NCBI GenBank assembly: GCA_965235115.1
Contig: OZ249436.1
Coordinates: forward strand, 14,014,001-14,078,000
Source: Laetmonice hystrix
Lineage: Eukaryota
DNA length: 64,000 nucleotides
Direction of reading: 5' to 3'
In this document: piece after piece, positions 39,189 to 50,900 of the stretch
How positions within the stretch are numbered: position 1 is the first letter of the stretch
Layout of the letters: the number at the start of each line of letters is the position of its first letter
Made by a program: the position numbers and the translations under genes
Notes under the pieces: model-generated
The model's database searches: none
Seen by the model: only the letters and a program-made list of their open reading frames with translations
Told to the model about the DNA's origin: nothing

Positions 39189-41925
39189 TTAGATTTTGTG
39201 GATGCCCAGCCTGTCCATGAGCAGGCGACGGCGGGAGTGGAGGTCGTCCCAGTCTAGGTAACAGCCCTCCAGATGGCGCGGCGGTCCGCCCCGGGTGATG
39301 GTGAACCCTGTCCTGCCGTGGAGCACTCGGTCGTTATGGGTGAGCACGATATCACCTGTATAAGGGCAGAAATTGGGGTCATTTGGGGCTTAACGGGTTC
39401 ATAGAGCCGAGATACTCGTAAGAAAATCCGGCCACGGAATGGCTGCTCATAGGTCCATTGACGGCCACTGAAAGCAGGGAGAAGTCCTACAGTTTTTCCG
39501 AGTCAAGAAAGAGATAGGCTATTAGTCTAGTAATTAAGCCTATAAAATGATCGCGGAACCCTTCTCTAGGCTTCAGACAGATATACGTGTATTTTACATT
39601 GCTACAAGCGATGTTGTGTTTAATTAATTCTCGATTTTCCGCCTCCTCTAGCATGACGGCTACCGCAGTATACGGGTGCTCACAGGTGCCACCTGTCGGT
39701 AAAGTCGTCAGGACGGAACACCATATTCGTGAGGTTACTGTACAAAAGATGCATTGCTGTTGCAAATTCTGGAAAATGGAAACAATATTATATTGAGGAA
39801 AGAATTTATTCTCAAATATCCGTTTTCTTACCTGGACTCAAACAGAAGGCGATTTTGTTTTCCGGCCGATAGAGGAAGTCGTTCATTTTTTTCAGGGCGT
39901 TGTAGAAGGGTCTGACGACCTCTAGCGGCACTCGCAGGAAGGAATCTCTCGTCTGGTTGCTATACTTGACTGTCTGCAGTTCTCCATCAAATCCATGACT
40001 GTAGATACATGTATCAGAGATCGCATTAGTTAAAGGTCCAACCCGAATATAATAACGACGAAATTGCCCCCTACCAGTATGAATCAGCCTTAGGGGGCCT
40101 ATGCCCATTATCTGTACCTAATCTGTTATGCTTTTAAAAACAGACACCAGTGGCATCTCAAGAGCCCCACTTCGCCACTAATCTTAGACATGACCTTATC
40201 AACAACGCCATTCAACGAGGGAATTCCCTCCGATGCGCACGCATCATCATTAAAGCAAAGGTCTTCTTCAGATTTATGGTGCCGTCATATTATTGGCATC
40301 ATCTGCCTGAGCCCAGGCCGAGAGCAGTGAGGCTGGGTTCAATTAGTCTAATTAGTCCTTGATGCTAGCTCGTTTATGTGTAATGCTCCGTTACTTGACA
40401 GAGACCCCGCCTGTTAGTGTTACTTTGAACACCTGGGACCCGGTTTGTGATAGGGAGCTAGGGTAGCCTGGGATTGTGACGGCGCGCTGTGTGACGCTGA
40501 CGTCATACGGCGAGCTGTGTGACGCTGACGTCATACGGCGAGCTGTGTGACGCTGACGTCATACGGCGAGCTGTGTGACGCTGACGTCATACGGCGAGCC
40601 GTGTGACGCTGACGTCATACGGCGAGCCGTGTGACGCTGACGTCATACGGCGAGCTGTGTGACGCTGACGTCATACGGCGAGCTGTTTCGAAATGTAAAC
40701 TCTGACGGCTGTAGAGTCCTATATGAGAGTCCTACTAGGCCCCTATTTCATTTTTCTCAAAAACAGGCGAGTGTATGATCATCAGATTTATACATCATAG
40801 AGCTAGGGGTAAAAGGTATGTTATATCTCGTTATATATTCGAGGTGGACCTTTAATGGCATTACGTGACGATTATATCGGGTGAGCAAAAAAACTGGAAC
40901 ACGTGAAAGTTTCTGATAAAATGTCTCAAATCTGATCGACCACCAGATGTCACGTCATTCAGACACAGACGCACCAACCTTGCCTAACACGTGTGGTACC
41001 ACGTTAACTACACTGATGTGCGTTTCTCATCTGTCGTTATCCTGTCGTGCGTTAAAATCCCCATTGAAAATACATTGGAGTTAACGATACGACAAGCTAA
41101 CGGCATGATGAGTTCGGCACTACAATTTTTGACATGCAGTTTATAAAATGATATTATTTAGACGTCTGACCTATTTATCTGATATTTGTAACACATGCCC
41201 CAATTAACCAAATGATATCTTGTGCCAAATACTATGACATGCACATTCCAGTCAAGTCTTTTTATTTTTTTTTTGCTCACCTGATATATATGTATAACAC
41301 CAATTACACGTTTAATTAATTTCTCAGAAAATAAATGTCCTTTTCTCGCTTCGCTCCATGGCATAGATATATTTACCTGAAAGTTGTGTGTCTGGCCAAG
41401 TAATGGAAGGGATAAAGATCTGAGCCAACATCTGTGAAGTCAACGGGGACCTCACAGAGCAGTTTGTAGTAGAACGGGTACTCCTCCTTCAACTGCTTGG
41501 CCACTCGGAAGGCGTCGACCAACTCGGTCATTCCCCCACCGCCCGTAGCCTGGACGATACAGTGCAGCAAGCCAACCTACAAGAAGAATCTCGCTACAAT
41601 TAACTCTATCCCAGTATGAATTTAATTTGTTGCTTTAAAACACCAACACGCATATTGCAACGGTCACTAACTATACAGTAGCCTATCATACTGGTATATC
41701 AGCAGTCGGTGCATGGTAGTGTATGCTTTAAAATATATCCGTTTGCAAGTGATACAGTGTCTATGAATTATACTGAATAATTGCACAGACCCTAAATAAA
41801 TATTCAGCTTAAATATGTAGGCCATGTAGGCCCCTATACTTTTAGATCTAAGGCTCGGCCCATAGCCTACGGGATCTCTCTCTCTCTCTCGATCTCTCTC
41901 TCTCTCTCTCTCTCCCTCCACCTTC

Positions 41926-41956
<31 letters not shown>

Positions 41957-44900
41957 TTCATTCTAACAGGTTGCCCTCTGCCCCTGCATGATGACGGTTT
42001 TAAGTTATATTTAGATACTGACCCCTGGCATGTACTTAAGGTAGGGAAAGTCAGCATGAAGACCGAGTGGGTCGGAGGTCCAGGCTAGGTTTGGTGGGTC
42101 CTCACGGGCCTTCACCGAGTATATAAAGCTACAACAGAATGTAAGTGCAAATACATACAGGTGGACATTTTGATCTAAGTGTTGTAAATAAAATTTAATT
42201 GATGCAATTTATCCCAAATGTTGCTTACAGTAAGCAACGAGTTGCAGTAAGCAACGAGTTGCAGTAAGCCATTATTCTGTAAGCGTGATTAGAAAAGTTG
42301 TTTGTTCTATTTGTACATTATACTAAACAGCATTGACAATCGTTTTCGTCTTTATAATCCCCCCTGCATAGGATAGAGAAAAATGAAATCACGCGACGCC
42401 TTGCTCTACTTTTGACATAGCAGTAAGGCTGAGTTCACATAGGAGTATACGGCACGGTGTAAGGGATAAACTAATATTATGGTTATAGACGGATGGAAAT
42501 ATTATGAATGCATAGGATAGGGGAATGAGTACAAGCGGGAAGGGGGCCTGTATAATAAAGTGATTATATTTTGTCTAGTCACGTAGATCACGTCATGCTT
42601 TTATCCAGTTAAAAGTGTACACGCTTCCCTCACGATAGAGCATGATTTAGGACGCATGCGCAATTAAAATAGGAGGCGGGGACATGAGAAGAATTGGGAT
42701 ATAAATATATGTATTGGATTGATAATAAAAGAGAGAAGAGTAGAGTGGAGAGATTGTCGACTACTGTCACTGGGAGTTTTGCGTTGTTCCATCCCCAACG
42801 ACTGGGAGGCCGGCCGCTGAGCTAGGAATATGGCAGTCTTGGCTTAGCTGGCCGGCACCTCAAACTTTAAACATTATACACTTTACACTGGCGCCCGAGG
42901 AGTGTGGCTGACGGGCGGCCACACTGGCCTGAACCCGGGAGGAGAATGGCCGACGCGGCCCATCACCGTGAGCGTCACCTGGCCGGATTCCTCCGTGATG
43001 TGGCCTCCATGGATTATTTTGACTGATCAAGGTATCGAGTTTAAAGGTGTCGAAATGACGGCATATATGAGGTCGATGGGGATCGACCACAGGAGGTCTA
43101 CACCATTTCACCCCCAAACCAACGGCCGGTTGGAGCGGGCCCATCGTTCATTAAAGGGGATTCTGCGGAAACTTACTAACACCAGAGCTGAGGAATGGGA
43201 GGACTGTCTGGCGGGTGCTCTCATGGCGTATCGTTGCACGCCCGGTGTCAATGGGTTCACCCCCTATTTTTTGTTGTACGGCAGGACTCCTGAAGCTCCT
43301 ACCCAGCGGTTGCTGCGCCCACCCCCTGATGCGGTGCGGGACGCGGTGTTGCGCTTTGACCATCTCGCCACGGCGTTTCAGCAAGCTGCGCGGGACACGA
43401 GGGAGTCGAGGACTCACAACTATGCGCGGCTGACACGTCAGGCGAATGCCGCCCCTTTATCAGTGGGAGATTTTGTTGTATTGAAGGTGTCTGAGCGGGT
43501 GTCACTCGACCCCCGCTGGGATCATCTGTACCTGGTGACAGCATCGCGGGGCCCCGTTATCTCTATCACGGACCAACGTACCGGTCATCGGCGAGTGGTG
43601 AATAGGGACAAGCTGCTCCTTGTGGATGCCGATGACTGGGAGGGTGTACGGCCGAGGGTCAAGCGGGGCAGTCGCCCTCCACGCCGTACTGTGCCCCCTC
43701 CCCCTGATCAAGGATTGGCTCCTCGGGAACGTCCAAATATCAACTTGGACCGGGTGGCTCCGGGTGTTTTTGCGCGCCAGGGTACAACATTGGATCACTC
43801 TGCCCCCCGACCGTCAACATCGCGGGCTCGAGCCGGGCCCCAGCCGTCAACATCAGATACCGCTGCACCTTCTGTCGGGGTGCGTCCGGTGCCCATGGCC
43901 ACGGGGGAGGGTGCGCCGTCAGAGACGCCCATGGATACCGAACCGATTGGTATGCGCACGCGTAAACGGTTACGTCAGCGGTTCAATGAGGGGGATCCCC
44001 GTTTAGTTAAGAGGCGTTGTTCTGAAGCGTTTCTTTCTGTCATAGCTGCCTTGTCACCATGGAATGCTCATTTTGTTTAGCTGCGCTGCTGCTTTGTCAG
44101 TTTTGTTTCACGGATGTGTCGGGCCAACTTCGCCATCCTATACCGAACGGAGTTTTGTTGTCCCGCGACGCGGACGTGTGGGTGCTCAACGCCAGGTGGA
44201 CGGTGGTTACTTCCATCTCCAGGCCCGAGGAGCCTCCCATGCTGGCATGGATCGCATTCGCCTTGGGCCGTCTTTCGGACGCTGCAGCGGTGGTCCCACC
44301 TGGTCATCGTGCAGTGATGGAGGCTAGGCTTCGTAGCCTGCAATTGTTATATACGGATCATGATGTCTCCCCACCGTCATCACCCTCGCGTCTGAGGCGG
44401 GGATTGCTGGACAGTCTGGACTTCGTCGGCGAGCTGTCATCAGCACTGTTTGGTACCGCCACGACGGGGCAGGTTGAGGCTGTTAGGCGACAACTTGCTT
44501 TGGCTGTCCGCCGGCAGGAGGTTTTATTTCATGACCATGTTAAGTTTGTATCGGTTTTGAACGCTACGAGGTGGCAGGCGGTGCGTAACCATGGTGACAT
44601 TGTTGTTTTGGCGGCGAATATTTCACGGCTTTTGGAGCAGGAAGATGTGCTGGCTTTTCGCCTGGATCAGCTGGAGGTGTTGCATGGATTTCTGCATATT
44701 TTGGAGCAGCTGGATCAACTTAATATGATCGTCCAGCTACGTCGCCGGGCCTATGTTGCGGCCTGTGAAGCCATGAGGTCGGGCCACCTTTCCAGGGATG
44801 TAATAGAGGACGACCCTCTACAGGATATTTTGAATATTTTGTCGCGTCACGGTTTCATCATGCGATTAGACTGGTACAGAGCCTATACTCCTGTTCGCAC

Positions 44901-47900
44901 CTTGTGGGATACTGCGGATTCCTTGACGTGTGTATTTACCTTGTGGTCTGCTGATGGGAAGCAGTATGTGTTATGGTCTTTGAGACCCCTGTGGTTCCGG
45001 AGTGGTGGTCTAGTGATTCGATATAGGACCCGCTCCCCTGTGATTACCGACGGAGTTTTTTCTACCCAGCTTGTGCCGGACCATTGCCAAGGTAATACTA
45101 ACAAGATTTGTTTTGTTTCACAATCAGACTATGATACTTGTGAACTTGAACTTATCCAAGGCCGTCCTGTGACTTGTCCGTTTGAAGTGTCCGCGACCGA
45201 GCGGCCCCACCTTGACTTTCTGGCGACTGGGGCATGGCTTGTTTCGGTGGCGCGGTGTGTGAACTTTACCGTTCGTTGCCCAGATCGTGCGCCGCGGGAC
45301 TTTGCTGTGTGTGAGCCGGAGAGGTGGAATATCTCCACTGAATGTGTTATTGACTGGCCTTTTGGCAGATCTATCCGTACTAGCCATTTGTTCTTGACTG
45401 TGGAATCAAGGTATTATGCGCCGTTGAAGTGGCATAACTTTTCAATTCCGTCGGTGAAGCGTAGGCAGATTTCAGCCGCTTTGGCCGTGCATGCCCGTCT
45501 CATTGTTGATCCTCGAGCGGACTTATCAATCTCGTCACCCAGTGATGTTGCGGGTGGAATTGTTTTGGATAGTTTGCCTTTGACTTTATCTGCGGTGTCA
45601 CTTTTTGTTGCTGTAGTAGCGAGTGTTGTCGCCTGTTATTGTTATATCCGATGTAACTTTGCTTCTGTGTGCTCCCGGGGAGGGCGGGGACAGCAGGCGG
45701 AGGCACGTCCGCCCCACCTGGGCGATGTCGCCGCTGGTCTCGCTCTGCCATTGCCGGGGCCAGAGCAGTGATCCATTACCGGGTCGCCGGGATATCTAGT
45801 AGTGGGGTTTCTTTTGCTTGTTTTAATGGGGTTGTTTATGGTTTATGCTGGTTAAGTTGATGTATTACGGGGGTATTTCTATGTATCTGGAGTTAGCTTT
45901 TGCTTTGGGGTCTAAATGGTATTGCGTGTCCTTGTTTAAGTGGCTAATTTTCGGTTTAGTTGTTTTGGGTTCTGTGACAAATACTGCGTTTTTGTCAAGA
46001 AAAGAGGGGGGAGTAATGTAAGGGATAAACTAATATTATGGTTATAGACGGATGGAAATATTATGAATGCATAGGATAGGGGAATGAGTACAAGCGGGAA
46101 GGGGGCCTGTATAATAAAGTGATTATATTTTGTCTAGTCACGTAGATCACGTCATGCTTTTATCCAGTTAAAAGTGTACACGCTTCCCTCACGATAGAGC
46201 ATGATTTAGGACGCATGCGCAATTAAAATAGGAGGCGGGGACATGAGAAGAATTGGGATATAAATATATGTATTGGATTGATAATAAAAGAGAGAAGAGT
46301 AGAGTGGAGAGATTGTCGACTACTGTCACTGGGAGTTTTGCGTTGTTCCATCCCCAACGACTGGGAGGCCGGCCGCTGAGCTAGGAATATGGCAGTCTTG
46401 GCTTAGCTGGCCGGCACCTCAAACTTTAAACATTATACACTTTACACTGGCGCCCGAGGAGTGTGGCTGACGGGCGGCCACACTGGCCTGAACCCGGGAG
46501 GAGAATGGCCGACGCGGCCCATCACCGTGAGCGTCACCTGGCCGGATTCCTCCGTGATGTGGCCTCCATGGATTATTTTGACTGATCAAGGTATCGAGTT
46601 TAAAGGTGTCGAAATGACGGCATATATGAGGTCGATGGGGATCGACCACAGGAGGTCTACACCATTTCACCCCCAAACCAACGGCCGGTTGGAGCGGGCC
46701 CATCGTTCATTAAAGGGGATTCTGCGGAAACTTACTAACACCAGAGCTGAGGAATGGGAGGACTGTCTGGCGGGTGCTCTCATGGCGTATCGTTGCACGC
46801 CCGGTGTCAATGGGTTCACCCCCTATTTTTTGTTGTACGGCAGGACTCCTGAAGCTCCTACCCAGCGGTTGCTGCGCCCACCCCCTGATGCGGTGCGGGA
46901 CGCGGTGTTGCGCTTTGACCATCTCGCCACGGCGTTTCAGCAAGCTGCGCGGGACACGAGGGAGTCGAGGACTCACAACTATGCGCGGCTGACACGTCAG
47001 GCGAATGCCGCCCCTTTATCAGTGGGAGATTTTGTTGTATTGAAGGTGTCTGAGCGGGTGTCACTCGACCCCCGCTGGGATCATCTGTACCTGGTGACAG
47101 CATCGCGGGGCCCCGTTATCTCTATCACGGACCAACGTACCGGTCATCGGCGAGTGGTGAATAGGGACAAGCTGCTCCTTGTGGATGCCGATGACTGGGA
47201 GGGTGTACGGCCGAGGGTCAAGCGGGGCAGTCGCCCTCCACGCCGTACTGTGCCCCCTCCCCCTGATCAAGGATTGGCTCCTCGGGAACGTCCAAATATC
47301 AACTTGGACCGGGTGGCTCCGGGTGTTTTTGCGCGCCAGGGTACAACATTGGATCACTCTGCCCCCCGACCGTCAACATCGCGGGCTCGAGCCGGGCCCC
47401 AGCCGTCAACATCAGATACCGCTGCACCTTCTGTCGGGGTGCGTCCGGTGCCCATGGCCACGGGGGAGGGTGCGCCGTCAGAGACGCCCATGGATACCGA
47501 ACCGATTGGTATGCGCACGCGTAAACGGTTACGTCAGCGGTTCAATGAGGGGGATCCCCGTTTAGTTAAGAGGCGTTGTTCTGAAGCGTTTCTTTCTGTC
47601 ATAGCTGCCTTGTCACCATGGAATGCTCATTTTGTTTAGCTGCGCTGCTGCTTTGTCAGTTTTGTTTCACGGATGTGTCGGGCCAACTTCGCCATCCTAT
47701 ACCGAACGGAGTTTTGTTGTCCCGCGACGCGGACGTGTGGGTGCTCAACGCCAGGTGGACGGTGGTTACTTCCATCTCCAGGCCCGAGGAGCCTCCCATG
47801 CTGGCATGGATCGCATTCGCCTTGGGCCGTCTTTCGGACGCTGCAGCGGTGGTCCCACCTGGTCATCGTGCAGTGATGGAGGCTAGGCTTCGTAGCCTGC

Positions 47901-50900
47901 AATTGTTATATACGGATCATGATGTCTCCCCACCGTCATCACCCTCGCGTCTGAGGCGGGGATTGCTGGACTCATAGGCGCCAGAAGCGGGGGGGGCAGG
48001 GGGGGCAACCGCCCCCTCAATAATCTGGTTGGGGGGGCATCGCCCCCCCAATAATCTGTGATCATGAATGAAAAAAGGCAGGTTTTTCCACATACAGTAG
48101 GCCTGTACACGCTTCCCTCACGATAGAGCATGATTTAGGACGCATGCGCAATTAAAATAGGAGGCGGGGACATGAGAAGAATTGGGATATAAATATATGT
48201 ATTGGATTGATAATAAAAGAGTGAAGAGTAGAGTGGAGAGATTGTCGACTACTGTCACTGGGAGTTTTGCGTTGTTCCATCCCCAACGACTGGGAGGCCG
48301 GCCGCTGAGCTAGGAATATGGCAGTCTTGGCTTAGCTGGCCGGCACCTCAAACTTTAAACATTATACACTTTACAACGGGTATACGGTGCACGTTTTGCA
48401 GGGCACGCGAATAGCTTAAATCGTACAATAGGATCTTATAATACCGGGTCACATCAGAGGGCACTATTCGAAAAGGCGTATAGTATAGTATTGTGGGAAT
48501 CGTGCGTGTTCGATTTTAGTGCAGCGTATACCTTGGGGTGCCTGTGTTTAAAAGTTCAGCATTTACACAGTTCTTGATATTTTTTAACTAAATTTTCAGA
48601 TCTAAGGGCCGATATATAGGGGTATTGACTCTGAAAATTTCAGAGAAATCAGTTCAAGGGGAGGGGCAGGGGGGCACCTTTCAATTCATGTCGGGAATTA
48701 AGACACTGGCGGGCGTGACTCGCCGTGCCCGTATAGCGTATAGCGAATAGCGAATAGCGAATACCGTATACCGTATACCGTATACTCCTATGTGAACTCA
48801 GCCTAAAAGCCCTGCACCGAGTATAGTCATGCCGATATCTCACCCAAAGGGCGTCATACGCATGAAGGAGACCCTAGAGGCAACCTTCTGAACTTGTCCA
48901 ACCTCCACGGCTGCATTCTGGATCATGACCACTCCATATTCCTCCATCCGTGTTAGCAGGTCATACAGGGTCACATCGTCAGCAAGCAGCTTCAAAACAA
49001 CACAAAACAATTTTGTATACATGTATATTAAATTTTAGGATGGCTATATGTTTCCATGCCCTTTTAATGTTTTCCAAAATTGTATACAGATACTGTCTGT
49101 TCCAAATGCATGCCAATATCTTGTAAGCTTGGGATCTTATTATTATCTTATTGGGATAAAGTTTTTATATGAATGTGGACATTAGGCCCCCCAAAAATAG
49201 TTTCGTTTCTTGTCCTTTCATATAAAACATTTGGTGCGGTGACGCGGTTCTTTTTTTCATCTTTCTTTTTTTGGATGCAACCAGACAATGGCCGATTTTC
49301 GAATGCAATTGCTGTTGGGCACATGAAGAAATCTTGAAGAAAAAAAACTATTGCAATTATGTTCAATGTTTTCATTGAAGAATGAAGAATGTGTAAAACT
49401 CACATAAAAAGCAATAAGACTAACAGAAAAACGCAAACGCCAAAGAACCGTTGCAACGTTCTGTCACAGCGCTACACTGCCCATCATATGAAGCAGTCGG
49501 ATTTTTAAAAAAAGAATTGACGCAGGGGATTTTAGGTGACGCGCGCGAGGACAAGAAACGAATATCTTTTTTTGGCTTTAAGTTTATTTCTCTCAGATTA
49601 ACGAGAAACTATAGGCTACCACAGAGCAAGCTAACCTGTTGGAAGTCGTAGGTAGGGATTTTACCCTGCATCTCCGATCCCCAGAGTATGGGCGGTTTAC
49701 GGAACATGAGGTCGCGCTTGGTGTGGAGGTCCGGGTTAAAGGCTCGCTTCTGCAGCCAGGAGAACGGGTAAGGGCTCTGGTGACCGTCCGACCATGTTAT
49801 CCACACCGTCTTGGTTGTAGCATCCAACTGGAACCACACAGCTCTTCATATTAAACAGTGGCAATTCATGTCAAGTGGTCTTCACTGCTATTCGCGCACT
49901 GAGTTAGTGAGTGAGTTATAGGAGTCTATATGTTACGCGCCATCGGTCGATCTGACCCATCGGCCGATGGGTCAGACCCATCGGTGGATCGGCCAACGGG
50001 TCGCCCATCGACCGATGGGCGACCCATCGGTGGATGCGCGGCGCGCGCCAGGGTCGTGGCCCATCGGCCGACGGGTCTGACCCATCGGTGGATGGGTGGT
50101 TGGTAAACCAGGAGACATGAAATGACATGAAAACCTGGAGGAGACAATTACCTCTCAACCCGAGCCGCATGCCTCCCTTCAGTCAAGAACTCAGATCCCC
50201 CAGCCACCTCCGCCCCAGACCACCCAGCCACCTCTTGCCCAGACCCCACACACACCTCCTGTCCAGACCCCACACCCACCTCCTGTCCAGACCTCACACC
50301 CACCTCCTGCCAGACCCCACACCCACCTCATGTCCAGACCTCACACCCACCTCCTGTCCAGACCTCACACCCACCTCCTGTCCAGACCTCACATCCACCT
50401 CCTGTCCAGACCCCACACCCACCTCCTGTCCAGACCTCACACCCACCTCATGTCCAGACCTCACACCCACCTCCTGTCCAGACCCCACACCCACCTCCTG
50501 TCCAGACCTCACACCCATCTCCTGTCCAGACCCCACACCCACCTCCTGTCCAGACCTCACACCCACCTCATGTCCAGACCTCACACCCACCTCCTGTCCA
50601 GACCCCACACCCACCTCCTGTCCAGACCTCACACCCATCTCCTGTCCAGGCTCCACACCCACCTCCTGTCCAGACCTCACACCCATCTCCTGTCCAGACC
50701 CCACACCCACCTCCTGTCCAGGCTCCACACCCACCTCCTGTCCAGACCCCACACCCACCTCCTGTCCAGACCCCACACCCAGCCCCTGTCCAGGCTCCAC
50801 ACCCACCTCCTGTCCAGACCCCACACCCACCTCCTGTCCAGACCCCACACCCACCTCCTGTCCAGGCTCCACACCCACCTCCTGTCCAGACCTCACACCC

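Larger units (their letters stand above)
42458..48375 (+). mobile_element. Non-autonomous env-bearing Ty3/gypsy-type LTR retroelement, tandem LTR-internal-LTR-internal-LTR
   Basis: Termini TGTAA...TTACA; 4-bp TSD ACGG at 42454-42457 and 48376-48379; PBS after LTR1 and LTR2; PPT before LTR2; integrase remnant and env; unit period 3559 bp. Confidence 0.95.
42427..48803. mobile_element. PIF/Harbinger-like MITE (about 455 bp) interrupted by the LTR element
   Basis: TIR GGCTGAGTTCACATAGGAGTATACGG from 42427, with its reverse complement ending at 48803; TAA on both sides (42424-42426, 48804-48806); subterminal (ATACCGT)n and (ATAGCG)n repeats. Confidence 0.88.

Noticed and set aside
42902..42997. 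N-terminal part of the 392-aa integrase ORF in the track
   Set aside because: Starts at GTG in the leader region, upstream of the deletion junction; not integrase-like.
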